A DNA stretch of 64,000 nt, taken from NCBI GenBank assembly GCA_026914245.1, contig CP110439.1:7688001-7752000 (forward strand), written 5' to 3'. The stretch's first letter is position 1, and each line of letters starts with the position of its first letter. The notes under the pieces were generated by a model that saw nothing but the letters and a program-made list of their open reading frames with translations, did not search any database and had not been told where the DNA came from. A program made the translations under genes and the position numbers. Of this stretch, positions 1 to 13,500 are shown in pieces. This DNA comes from Puccinia triticina (Eukaryota).

Positions 1-3000
1 GATGGTGGGTAGCATGATGTCACTTTTCATCAAGTGACTATTTTTTTCCTGATTCTTGGTCCTAACACAGCTTGTGCTGTGGGTTTGTTCTTTTTGTTTA
101 ATTTGATCTGCATCTTTTTCTTTCCTCTCTGGATTTTTCTTTTCTTTCTTATCTCTCAGGCTGTGGCTTCTGTTTCTGCTGGTTCTTATCTTCTGATTCT
201 TGTGCAGTTTGTCTTTTCTGTTTTCTCTTCTTTTCCCTCTGTTGTCTGTTTTGTTGTGCGCCTGTGTGGCGCGCAAGGGATATGATGGAATGCATGTGAC
301 ATGTTGCCTCCCGGAGTCCAATTTTGCAGAACTTGGAGGAAGGGAGCGGAATGGCACTTTGATCCGCCGTCAAGAATCTGAATAATTGAAAGAATATGAA
401 TCTATTGAATCCCTTCTAAGAGGCTCAAGAATCTCCTTGACAAATAAAAAACTGCCGCCAAGGATCTGAACCCCGGCAAACTCTCAAAACCACCTCCCCA
501 ACCAGCTATCAGCTTGAATCCCACGACTCATTCTTTTCTGGACCATCCACAAGGGCAGCCACAAGGCACCTATTCCCCTCCCAGCGCTGTTGCCCGCCTA
601 GCACCAGACAAAGCTCCATAATGTGCCTGTCACAAGTCACCTGGTTCCTGGTTAAACTCCTGACTGATACATATACCCTTCTCAGCCTAGGCACTCTCCT
701 CAACTTTATACATCACCCTATTGAGGACCTTTTTCAATCCCCACCGGAAACATCAAGTCAACTTTAACCCTTTTCACTCATCATAAACTCTCACATCTTT
801 CACATACTTGTAATCAAACAACTTCATCTGGAACTAGACCATAATTAAATTCACCTCCATGGTCTTGACCATGCTAGTGGTCTACTTGGGATCCAAGTTG
901 GCAGCAATCCGGACTTTCATTGCGTTCGCCAAGCCCTTTGGGGCCCTCAAGGCGCTTGGCGAGCTGCTCCAGGGCAGCTAATCGCCTAAATGGGTCGCCA
1001 ATTTGCCGATTTTGTCTAGTGGCAGGCAGAATGGTAGGCCTGGGGCAGGAAGCTGTTGAGTCTTGAGTTACTAACAGGGGAATAATGGAGGGAGCGCTGT
1101 GGTGTGCCAAATGTGTTTCAAGTATCAAATCACATAAAGTCACAGTTTACTATTGAGAAGGAGACATATTTCTAGATGTATTACTGCATAATTGAATTCT
1201 ACAGGTCATTTAACCCCTAGTCACTCACTGGAACCATTAGGCTAGCTGCACTCAGTCAAGTTTCTAGTATTATACTGTGTTCATAAGCATAATTACATAC
1301 TGTAGAGATATTTTGATAGTACATAGTATAGAATTAGACTCAAGGACATATTCATAGTGTATGTAGTGGCATGGTTTGGCTCTACCCATGGCATGGTTCC
1401 ACCTGTGGACAACTCCAGGTTTGTTGTTTGGCTCCACCCACGTACCACAGCATGGCTCCACCTGTGGACACCTCCATAATTGTGTAGGCTCCATGGAAGC
1501 CACCATGTGGACACCATATGGGCACCACCACCACAGCCACGTGGGTACCATCACCACATGGACACCTGTATGGTGGTCACACCAGCAAAAATCCCTCACA
1601 AGGATCCCCACCAGCAAAAATCCCTCACATTTTACTATAAAAGGAGGAGATTTTCCCTCCTCAGTTTTGGCATGCCACTCAGGCAATCCTAACCAGAACA
1701 CACATCTCACTCAGAGTTACAAGTCACATCCACATAAAATCCAGTAGTGTGATCTCAATCAAGTTGCCCATCAACATCTTTCATGCCTCAGAGTAGTTCT
1801 AAGTAGTCAAGTAGCAAGCATCACCCACTTGTGCTCTAAACAAGTCAAAGTGACCTTAACCAATTTTGCTCTCAACTGAAGGTTAAGGAAGAGGGCAAAG
1901 ACACTTTGAATAGTTCACATATAACATCAGTTCTCTCAGAATTTTTGTATCAGTTTATCTCCGCTTTCATATCACAAACATATAAAACCATATAAAACAT
2001 ATCTTACGTTAAGACTCATTTCCATTATCTGACTCAAGGCTGCTGTAAACCACTCCAACTCCATTTCCATACAAAATCCACTTTCCACTGAATTCAAGTT
2101 TGATCTAGGTCTGATAAGAGACTGCTGCACATAGTTTTCTCTATCATTAGTTTGCCACAACAATAAATAAATTTGTCGTGAAAGCTCTTGTGTAGTATCA
2201 TAGAGGGGCAGGTCTTTCAAACCACCCGTAACAGTTGTAATAGCTTCTTACATCTTTGAAATATTATAACTGTTATTTCCCCCTTGCAGGACTGCCACCC
2301 GTCCCAAAGGAGTTCTCACAGCGCAGAAAGAATGGAGTCAGGATAGATGCTTCATTGTATTTTCCAGATATTGAGGAATGGTTGACTTAATAGGGAAGAA
2401 AACTGTACATACATATCACCACGTCAGCGGTGTCAATGTGGCATTGTTGTTCTACCTGTGGTGGTGGCTTTTTTTGTATTGGTTCCATGGCGGTTTCAGT
2501 GGTGTTGGTGTTGTGAACCCTGGGGTAAGTCCAACTCAAACCAGAAGGCCTGCGCACGCGGGTGGGACGGTCTGGGACAGCTATATAAGATGAGAAAGCT
2601 GGCCAGTCTGTTCTCCCCCCACGCGCATCCATTTTTGCTGTAATTCCAGCTGGTGGTGAGTCTCACGCTCCCCCACTGCTGCATATGCATTTGCATAGCC
2701 TGGGGGGTTAAAGATCTGCCCCCCCCATTAAGCAGATTGCCACTGCACTGCTGGGGGCCTTCAACACATACTGTTTGTCCCATCCGGTGAGTTGGGCGGC
2801 AGTATGGGCCTGGGTGCAGCAGCTTTGGCTGGTGTTGGGCTAGGTTGCTGCTTGAGATTTTATTTTGGATTTTCATTGTAATTAGGCTGTCACATTATGT
2901 TTAATCCTGTATTTATTTAGGGAGAAACCCTTTCAGTTTTTTTGTACTTTGGTGTCTTGCGGGGAAAACCCTGTCATTTTTTTGTAAATTGTGTCTTTTG

Positions 3001-3089
3001 TAGGGGAAACCCTTGAATTTTTTTCCACAAAAATGTGGTTTTAATAGACTTGGATGCATGCATAAAATTATGCAAACCAACTTTGAACA

Positions 3090-3295
3090 CCATGAATGAA
3101 TTTAGTCTGATGGGGAGATTATGTTTGTATCCTGTGATGTGTATAACAATAATGCTGTGATCCTTGACTTGAGTCTGGTGACAGGATGTGACATATGTGT
3201 GATGGGTGTCCAGTGGGGTCCAAAAAGGTATACCTTCCAATCCAGAGGTGTTCCAGTGACTCTTCCAGTGGTGACTAAGGGTAAAATTGGCCTTA
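3090..3295. repeat. Dispersed repeat, inverted copy at ~62990-63185
   Basis: GGGAGATT.ATGTTTGTATCCTGTGATGTGTATA and CTTCCAGTGGTGACTA.GGGT.AAATTGGCC shared in opposite orientation. Confidence 0.7.
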
Positions 3296-4049
3296 TTGGT
3301 AATTTATGAATTTTTGGAACTTGGATTAAACTTCAATTTCAGCTAAGGATGAAATTTGGTACCTGGATACTTTTCAGGGGTAGCCTCTTGCATGCGTAAA
3401 AAATCCCGCAGCACCGTGGAGCCTCACGTGCAAGCAGGGCTTACGACTAACAATGAGATTCTCGTGTGAGAGAATCTCAAAAATACCCAAAGCATTTCTT
3501 CTTCCTCTCTTATAAAATATTCAATCAACTTTCTGCACTCCTTACTTTATCCCAGCTGAGCGCTAGCATCTTAGCTCCAATGTTACATAGGTAGCTTCCT
3601 CCCAAGTTTCTTAATTCTTTTTCTATCTTTTTTTGAGAATAGTGAATTCTTGAAGACTTGTCCAACTTTTACAGTTTTATCTCCTCCCTAAATTAAATCT
3701 TAATTAAAAACAAACCTCCTTTTCCTGTAAACCACCAAGCATCTCAACTTATGATATTTTTTGGGGTGCAAGGGCAATGGATTCCCACCTCTCCCTGCGG
3801 GAGAGATATCAATGCTATGCATCTTGACCAGGCCAAATGGGTGCCCCCCGGCTGCAGCGGGGACAAGGACTTTGATAAGTTTGAGCCTCTTAAGTGACTA
3901 CTTCTAAATGAACAACTTGACCTTGAAGCAGATAGTTGGAAGAGAAGGGAAGACTGAGAAGAGCTCATAGGTCAAGAAACAGAGTACAAGTATGAATGCG
4001 CTGAATGAAGATGGAGTAGTAGTAATGAGAATAGGGGAAAAGGAATAAG

Positions 4050-6826
4050 TAGGGCTGGGCCCCAACCCGAGGCCAGTCGGGTATACCCAACTATCCGACC
4101 CGGTTGGTCGGAGCACGGGATTTTTTTGGGGGGGTTTTTACCCAAGCAAATATCATGGGTAAATGACTCGGGAGGAGTCTTGGAATAGGTTGGAGACCGA
4201 CTTTGCATTACAACTTCAAGCGGACAGAAAGAACAAAAATTGGATCAAAGAAAAATTGAGGAGGCGCTGACTTGTTATGTATTTGGGGAGTCATTGAGGT
4301 CTTCAGTTTCATCATAAGGAGTTGGGTCTAAAGTTCCAATTGAGTGATACCAGTCCTTCAGGCAGAGGAGGTGCTCAACCGATGTTGGGCTGAGACTGCT
4401 TTGTTGAGGACCGAGTATAGATTTGGATCTGGAAAAAACTTGTTCAGAGGGAGCGCTGGTGGCAGGGATGGCAAGATAACATCTTGCCATCGCCAAAAGT
4501 GATGGATAAATGGATTGGTTGCTCCTCCAATATTCGAGAACTTTTGTGTTGCCAGACTCTTTAGTTGCGCGGAAGTAGTTCTGGATTTCTGCATCCAAGT
4601 CGTTTGATGTTTTTTCCAAACCAAAGATATTGGATAGAATGGAGCTCTGGTTTTTTTGGGGTTGTGTTACACCACATCTTGCAGGACCACGATAAAAACG
4701 ACGGGCCTCAATTTTGAAATTGCTGAGAACAACGGCGGGATTGAAATCAAAAGCAATCTCTTCTCAAATGAAATCCAAGTTTTTTTTGATGTACACCATT
4801 TTGATGCGCGGATCAAGTATCATCGCACATAATGGGGCTGTTTTATTCAAAGAGAGTCGTAGATATTTCTTGAGTTTTGCAATCATCTGGTCTGCAGATG
4901 GCAAGAGCTGGTTAGCGTTGTAGGCCAATTGTGCAAGGGTGATTTGCTTCGTCAAGGATATGTAGACTGGAATGGAAATGTTGAGGGTTGGGTATTGTAC
5001 GGAGCAAAGAAACTTGGTTGCTTCATTGAGTGGTTTCAAGAATTGTATCAATTGGGAGACTTTCTCCCACTCAAGCGAGGTGAGCAAAAATTTAGCTGCT
5101 TCAGGTCGTTGACAGTACATGTTGCAGACATCTTTAAGTTCAAGAGCACGATCAAGCACGAGATAGGTTGATTTCCAGCGTGTCTTTACATCGAGGATAA
5201 GGGTTTTGGAGCTGCTTTCCGTTTGTACTTCGGCGTTTTTTTTTTGTGGTTTCAGTCTGTAAATTGGAGGATGAAAGACGCTTGTACTTTGATTGATCCA
5301 AGTGTTGAGTATCAACTGATGTCATGATCCCTTGAAATTGCTGACAGCGTTGAGGGGTAGCTCGGACAAAGACCGTTAGACCATGAACACGCGAAATAAT
5401 AGTCTTGAGATTGACATTGTTTCCATTGGCAGTGCTAGGAGTTACAGCATGAGTGTGAGGATTGTCCATCTGATCCAGCGTCATCTCAGCCTCGGCGTGT
5501 TGAGGCTCGAGTCCAAAGGCTTCCAGTACATCTTTTGTGGCAAGATTGATGACATGGGCCATGCATCCCAAGAGATGTTTGGATGCATAGAATCCACCGC
5601 CTAGTAGTTCTTCAATTCTAGTTGCAAGGGTGGAATTTTTGCTCGCATTATCAGCTGTAATGCTTGCTAGTTTCTCTGTGATTTTGTACTTGTCCAGGAC
5701 GTCAATAAGGACTTCGGCGAAGTTGACTCCAGTATGAGAACCTGGATACAGCGGGTAGAAAATCATGATTATTCAAGCGGTGAAATTATGTATTCCATTT
5801 GCATTGTGGACTTACCGTGAACTTCAGGCATGGCAACCACAAGATTAATCAATTCTCAGTTTTTTGTAATCACATGAGCCGTGATTCCCAGGAACGCAAC
5901 CGTGTTGGGTGAAGTCCAAGCATCAAGAGTAACACCGATATGATTGATATTTCCAAAAACATTGTGAAGATGAGAGGTGTGAGACCTGTCTAAATAGTGC
6001 ACCTCCATTGTGATTTTCTTCCTAGAGTACATCATGTTTCCAGGCCTTACTGTTGGATTCAACAGAGACATTACATCTCAGAAAGATTGACGCTCAACAA
6101 ACGAAAACGGCAAGTCAGCATCCGCCACAAGATAAGCAAGTGCTTTTTTCAAAGAGTTCGAAGTGAGAATCTTGTCAAATTCTAAGAGTTCGAAGTGAGA
6201 ATCTTGTACTTTAGTCTAACATTCTTTATGGACCTGGAATGTTATATTTTGATGCTTACTTTGTTGTCGTTTTTTTGCTTTTTAATCATTGCTCCAATGT
6301 CTTGCAAACCGGCTTTCACTTTGCAGGGGTCAAGTATCTGATGTTTACGGAATAAATGCTCACTCATGGACTTTGTACTTGAGCTTTTGTCCTGGGCTAG
6401 CAAAGTGTTGCATGATCGGCCATTTTTCTTCAAAATCGCTGTACATTGTACCTTTTCCTCCTTTGGTTCATCCACAAAATACTTCCACACCCATGATTTG
6501 CGGGCTGGTTGGGAAGTTTCAGGGGCTTTGGGAGGGGACTGAGGGTTATCTTCTGGAGCGGAGCGTTTTTTCAACATTGTGCTGCTGGTATTGAGTCCAA
6601 GTGGGCCGCTAGACTCCTGGAGTTGGATGGACAAGACCAAAATCACCAAAAAGTAGTTCCCCACGCACCCCAAGGCAGCGCAACAGCCGGTCTCCGCGGG
6701 GGGTACCCAATATCCGGCGGATAGTGCCCGGGAGTGGGTAATTCAATACCCAACCTTGGGTATACCCGCAGGGGACCAGCGCGGGATGCCCTCCAGGCCT
6801 CGGGTATCACCCGGGGCCCAGCCCTA
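4050..6826 (-). mobile_element. hAT-superfamily DNA transposon, full length, inactivated
   Basis: Perfect 14-bp TIRs TAGGGCTGGGCCCC (4050-4063, 6813-6826) and exact 8-bp TSD GGAATAAG (4042-4049, 6827-6834); encloses hAT transposase remnants. Confidence 0.95.
4275..6577 (-). pseudogene. hAT transposase (BED finger, DDE core, hATC dimerisation domain), disrupted by stops/frameshifts
   Basis: Motifs SWVWKYF..C..C..HL..H (BED), TLDAWTS, SITADNAS, CMAHVINL, DVKTRWKSTY, AMILDPR, LEYWR..LAIPATSAPSEQVFS; in-frame TGA at 4764 and 5856. Confidence 0.93.
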
Positions 6827-7312
6827 GGAATAAGGGATAAAGGAAAGAGGAAAAATGAAGCTGATATACAGGTTCCAATCACAACCTAGTTTTGTAATTG
6901 CTTGAACTTGGTAGGCAATGAGATAATGAATCCTGAAATATGGGCTCTGTATGATCTGGGGGATCCTCCTAGTAGCAAGGTCCCTGGGCTTTAACCACTT
7001 TCCTTTTGCACACTCATGCTTGGATGGTTATTCCTATAAGGGAATAACTATCTTCATTAGGGAATACTAATTCCCTAATGGTATTTAATATTCTTCTTTG
7101 AGTTAATAGGAGCTGTGAGTCCGCTACTGGTTGTGGATTCCATTCCTGGTGTGAGAACTGGTTTGTGCTCTTGTTCACACTCTTTCTGGTGCAATGAGGA
7201 AGTACCTCTCTGCGCTAGGGGTTCTAAGCTAGCCTTTTGGCGCATGGAAGTATGTCCTCTGACAGTGATGCTTTTTTTTGACCCAAAACGGACACCTGGC
7301 ATTGCCTGGCCG

Positions 7313-8424
7313 CAACAATGGGAAGTTAACTTATCCGTAACTAAAAGTAACGGATAACAAAACTTAATTGTTGCTGTTATCGTTGCACTAATGGCAACAA
7401 TGTTTCAGTTACGCTATTTTTTTATTTTTTTTCCTGATTTATTAGACCCGTTACGTTATCCCCCGCAGTTTAGGGGGATAACATGCGGATAACACGGGTT
7501 TTTTGCCCATTTTTACAGTGTTTTTGCGCCAGATAACGCAATTAGCGCGTTACTGGCATTATTTTTTGCGGTATTGAGGGGGAAATTGAAAGAATTCAGA
7601 GAACTAAGAGTATATTTCTTGATTCAGAATCTTAATCACCACTATATACAAGTGTTGATCTTAAGATATTAGGAAAGAAAATTACCTAAGAGCAGGCGAT
7701 TTTTTGCTCTGACAAAGTATGAAAATATGAAAGATAAAACAAGAGTGTTGTTTTGATTTGTCTGTTTCCCGTTTTCTATGCGGCTTACGGCGCTATGGCG
7801 AGACGGCTGAGGAGTCAAGCAAAGCTTTCTGTGTTTACATTGATTGTTGCCCTCATTAGCCTTTTTCTCTTTGTGCCTAGCTAGCAGTGGACACAGGGGT
7901 CTTACCGATTTTCTCTCCAACTCTTCGAGTGGAATCGGTTCCGGTCTTTGTCTGTTTAACTTTGCCTAAAGGATCAAGACAGAGGTTTAACTCTCATCTC
8001 TTCTACATCTTGGTTAGTAATCCAGCCGCTTACCTCTGGCGCTTGCTGTGATTCTTTCTCCAAGTGTCTTGGGGCTGGGAATATCCTCGAGCCTAGTCTT
8101 CTGGCTTGAGTATGTTGTACCTGCATGCACCAGAGGTGGATCATTTTTTTCAACCTTGCTTGCGCAGTCTTGGACTGCGGAAAAGGTTTGCTTTTTGCTT
8201 ACCTTTGTCCGCAGCTGATTGAGATCCTGGCATCTCTCTCAATCTATGAGATTGATGCCATTCACCTAGGCGTGCATTCTCACAGAAATCGCCCTCTGTT
8301 AAGTTATCCAAACGTGGGCAAGCACATTTTACCAGATAGCAATAATGTGTTATCTGATAACGGTGGGAAGTTACATCACAAAAATCCCTCTGGATAACGT
8401 AATGTAAGTAACTTCCCATTGTTG
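7313..8424. mobile_element. Non-autonomous TIR element with CAAC..GTTG ends (~1.1 kb)
   Basis: 16-bp TIR CAACAATGGGAAGTTA at both ends; flanks CTGGCCG / CTGGCCA (7 bp, 1 mismatch); GTTAC/GTAAC/GATAAC subterminal motifs. Confidence 0.75.
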
Positions 8425-9763
8425 CTGGCCAGTGCCAGCAGTACATACCACCATTAATAGAGGTACCAGCAGGGTAAATATTTAAGATGAGGTTGATTTT
8501 GAGCAGAATATTTATCCTGATCCACTTCATCAGCTGGTGGAGCTTGCCCATGGGACCTCTGCCAGGGTTTGCAACCCGGTTGACAGGCTCCCATCAGAGA
8601 AACACATATCTGATCTTGGCATGGCAACAGCGGCTTCTCCCCTTGGGCTTTCCCAGCAGCATTGGACCATCCACCTTCAGACACCTGGCCCCATTCACCT
8701 TCTTTCCAAGCATTGGCAAGACCAAAAAGCTTGCACAGGTCTGAAAAATCATGTGTTGCAACACCCAGACAATCAGTTTGTTTGGGTTGCATCTGCAGTA
8801 ACTGTGGATGTGTTCTCCCAGGTGTCAGTCACGCTGCAGTATGAAATCAGCACCGATTGAGGAGGTGATAAAATCCCTGCTTGAGGCCCCCTAGCCCATT
8901 ACCCTTGGGAATCTTACCTCCTGGGGTTTGAGCCCAAAACATACACCCTGCAATTCCTTGATGGTACCTGTCTGGTAAAAGTGGTACTGGGCTGCCTGGT
9001 TCTGGGGATAGATTGACATCCCTGATTGCTGAGCACTGACCTGCTCTGTGAAAAAAAAAGAAAAAAAAAATGACTGTAGAATAATGTTTCCTTCCGAGTA
9101 CAGTAGGTTGCAGAAGCGCAACTGTATGCTACATAGTATTCAAAATTAACAATCCTGATCCCAACAAATTGATTATTGTGAAAATTCATTATAGGCTATT
9201 GAATAATCCTGCCACCTAGATTTGCAATCTATGTTGTCACTGTAAAACTGCAAACCAAGTCAATAGGATTAGGCAAACACAACCAAGTACACTCCTGGGC
9301 ACAAAGCATCCCCTCCAAAGCAGAGGAATGATGTAGAAATGTTTTTTTTGGTTTGAGAAACATGCACAAACACGTATACCTTTTTTGATTCCAGGAATAT
9401 ACAATAAGTAGCAAATCCCCAGTTTTCTCTTTTATTTTGTGATCCATTAGGATGGTTTATAAACTTTACACCCAATCTTTCAGCAAATCTGCTATTGCAA
9501 CATCAGAAAACTGATGAAAAAAGTTGTAGAACTTATATGTAATTTTATTCAGGTCAGCAAGTCACCAGCAGAAACAGTTCCTGTGGAAGGGCACCAGGGA
9601 GCAAAACTAAGAGGGCTACCAAGTGACTCATGTAGGGGCTTGACAAGAGAAAATAGATATAGTTTCAAGTAAGGAAAGATACTTGAGATACAGTTGGTAA
9701 AGTGGTAGAAATGACATTACTAGCTATAAGCATAGCTACATACTAGCATGTGAGAACTAATTA

Positions 9764-9959
9764 GGGTGTTCAAAGTTGACTTGCATAAAATCATAACACC
9801 ATAAAATCATAAAATCTAAGCTGAAAAAAATATGTACCACCCAAACACTCAAATTAGAGCACCACTTCTAAAATGGTACATATAAAATCATCATTTGAAA
9901 ATTTTATGATTTTATGATTTTATGTATTGAAAATTTTATGATTTCAACTTTGAACACCT
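9764..9959. mobile_element. MITE (~195 bp), possibly PIF/Harbinger (Tourist-like)
   Basis: TIR GGTGTTCAAAGTTGA, internal CATAAAAT repeats, AT-rich flanks; second copy in opposite orientation at ~58516-58690. Confidence 0.75.
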
Positions 9960-10516
9960 AAATATATGGATAATCTCAACAGTTCCATCCACAGTGCTGA
10001 TGTGTTACACTAAAATTGGTGACATCAGCAGAGTAAAGCCAAAACCTCAGATGGCAGCTGTCCTATTGATGGAAAGAAATCATAATCCCACTCTTTTCTC
10101 ACATGGAGGCATATTTTGCAGCCCTGCACTGCCCAACAAAGCTGTAAGATGTCTTGGATGTCCATTTTTGCAGGAAAGTGGTTGTGGGTGATACCCAAAA
10201 TTGGTGGAGAAAGGGAAAATTGTCATCATGTTCTCCATTAACCTGGTAGCTGTTTTCAAAGCTGTTCCAAGCTCATTCAATTTTTAGTTTTCCCCTGCCT
10301 AATTTGAAAATGGATGATAGATGGTGACATGTCGTCCCTCCTGTCACGTGAGACTCAGTTCCCCCCGCGACCAAATGCATTCGATTCAGGAACCCCCTTT
10401 TAGCCTATGAGGATGGTGACCCCCCTCTGCAGTTCTACAGTAGCGCGACTCGAAGCAGCCAAAAGAGAAGACAATAACCACCCAGCAGCAATCAAAAAAA
10501 GGGAACCGATCTCGAC

Positions 10517-13500
10517 ATGGCCGATGACCCTCAAGAGACACAAGATAACGGCAGCAGCTCATATCGTACTCTCAACGTTCGCGACGCACTCAGCTATCTC
10601 GATCAGGTCAAAGTTCGATTCCAAGACCAAAACGATGTCTACAACCAATTCTTGGACGTCATGAAACTCTTGTCAGTTCCAGCCTTGGCTAAGATTCATC
10701 TTCCGTAAAGCAGCAACCAGACCCATTGACATCCTCATAAAACCAAACCAAAAAATGGAATGGAACAGTAAAACTCAGTCAATCGACACTCCAGGCGTGA
10801 TCGAGAGAGTCTCCACTCTATTCAGAGGCTACCCTTCCCTGATTCAAGGATTCAACACTTTCCTCCCGCCTGGGTTTCGGATAGAGTGCACCCTGGTCAG
10901 GCGAACCTCCTCCAACACCGAAGAAGCTGACTTGGTCACCGTCTATACTCCTGGAGAGATCACTCATAAAACCAGTCTATTCCCCAGGGACGGTAGCCCA
11001 GCGACGATACTCACCGATCACTCCGTTGGATCTTTGCCCCCTGGCTGGATTCACGTTCCGGCTGATCTTCCGTCTCTCTCGACTACTTCAGCTGATCCAA
11101 CCTCAACAGCCGAAACCACTTCGAAAAGCTCAGCTAGCAACCTCTCGCCCACAGAGCCCACCAGCATACCCCCAATTTCTGACATAACCCAGCCAAGCCC
11201 ATCGGACCATTCAAGACCTCTGAGCACTTCAAACCAATCTTCCGATCCCTCCTCGAATCTTTCTATTGTCGGACCCCCCGAGCTACCCCCTAAGTCTAAC
11301 AGCTGTCGCCAACGATCTACGAGCCCACAGGCCACCAGTCAGGAACAGCACAAAATCCGCTCACAGAGTCTCACTTTACCCCACACAATACCGGATTCGA
11401 CCACAAAAGATCCTATTGGCCATAATCCTAGTTCCTCTTCGACAAAGTTCACCCCGGCAACCCTGCTAAATGAACCTCGTCTGACCAGTCCCGGTTTATT
11501 ATCTAGAGGTTTGTACACCATTAATTCTTACTTGAGAGGAATTTAATTGTTGATTGACCGTTGTGAATAACACTCTGTACCAGCTCATTCACCTGCCATG
11601 GATGGCCTAGCCGTTGATCCAGTAATAAATCAAAGGGTACCTACGCCTACTCCCACCAACGAGCATCCAATATCATCCAGACCTACCCATTCAGTTCAAA
11701 CCAACCAAAATCCCCCGAATAGCCGTCATTACAGCCTAGAACCCAGTAGTACATCCAAGCTTGCCATCGCGCCCGATCTCACAGATCCTAGCAAGTTCAA
11801 ACCATCTCAACCCAAACCTATCCGTCCAAATTCAACGCTTATCCCAGGCATTCATCCGCCCCAACCTAATCTCAACGGCAAACCGGTTGAGTTTAACTAT
11901 GCTATCAATTACGTCAACAAGATCAAACATCGCTTTATTGATCAGCCGGAAATTTATAAAACTTTTCTCGAGATACTTCAAACTTACCAAAGGGATGGAA
12001 TGGCCATTGATTCGGTGTGTTTGTATTTGCCATCAATTGCTTCGGGTAACTAAGAAGTGTCATCGATCTCAATGATCTGCCAAGCAGCTGACTGAGAAGT
12101 TATTTTCCCATATAGGTCTATGTCAAGGTTACCAAGCTGTTTTCGAATGCATCTGATCTGCTGGACGAGTTCAAACAGTTCTTGCCTGATCTCAACGCGA
12201 GCTCTGTCGCGGGGCAAGTTTCGAAATCACCATTTCCACCACCACTCGTAAAAACCTCTTCGTCTACCAACCCCCAGCCGAATACCTCCCCCCAATCGTC
12301 ACAACAGTCTAGCGCAACTCGAAAAACCTCGCATGAAAAAGTGGCAAACCCTATATTCCTATCACATCCTCAGCCTCTCTACCATCCCTCGACTTCCTCA
12401 AAACCGAACCACAGGGTAACCCCAGATACATCAAGGGCATACAAATCACATTCTGCCCTGCAAAATAACCTTCCAACTGATCATATTCAGGACCCAACCG
12501 GACAATCCATCAAACCTTCTCCTCCTCGTTCGCAATCCCCTAGTAAGGTCCATTCCAACCTAGCTCGCGGCGCTTCTCCTGCCCTCCCAATGGTTCTCGA
12601 CCCTCAAGTACTCTCGAGTACAACTAATGGCCTTCTAGATCCACATGTTGCTAGCTGTGGTCTTTCAAGCGTACCAACTGCCGCACACACAGGAACAGGT
12701 TTAATGGGTCAATCAAATAATGGATTTATCGCAAGCGCTTCACCGGCCAGAGCCTCTGGGTCGCACCTCGTCTCATCTACAGTACCCGATTACCACCCGC
12801 TTCATCAGAAAAGGTTGTTGGCAAGTCCGGCCAATCCAATCCCTGCAGATGACGAGTTCCCGGGACCGCCTAAGAAGAAAAGAGCTCTAGGAAATGGAAA
12901 CCTTGAAGATACCAGTCTTCGGCCGATCAATGACCATTCTACCATTCCCACTGAACCTCACACGACTGCTTTCCTACCAGACGATTTCGCCTCTAAGAAG
13001 ATCAAGCGCTCAAAGTCCAAGACAAGTGCAAGCGCTGAGTCGATGCCACCTGCGGTCACCAATGAAGCCGTACAGCATCGAATTGCCACCTTTCTCGAGC
13101 AGTACCGCTCATCCCAACCCGAATCGCACGAGGCAACAAACACGGAGCCAGCGCCACATAACTTTGCTACACCATCGGAACCGTATAGAAATCAGCCACA
13201 GCCGCTGCCCCATCACGCCGTTGATCCCACGATCGGCGGCCCATCGGCTTACATCCATCCCCACTTGCAATTGGTTCATGATCCTCATTTGGGAAGCTCA
13301 AATCTGGCCGGATACTCGACTTGTCAACCGTCCTACGTCGAGACCCACGATGCAATGGGAGGTCGTACACTGACTAACACCAAGGAGGTCGCTCTATTTG
13401 AGTCAATACGAAAGTTTCTCAATGATCAAGATCTCTGGCTAGAATTTCTAAGGGTCTTAGACCTTTACAATCGGTCGATCATCGATTTCAAAACTTTATT

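Noticed and set aside
1..1750. LTR-retrotransposon remnants and degenerate CATGGCTCCACC/TGTGGACACC repeats (1360-1590)
   Set aside because: Probably repeat-derived, but no paired LTR, TSD or protein motif could be fixed.
8425..9480. Short ORFs 8454-8860 as a gene
   Set aside because: No recognisable domain; CpG-depleted, likely decayed repeat.
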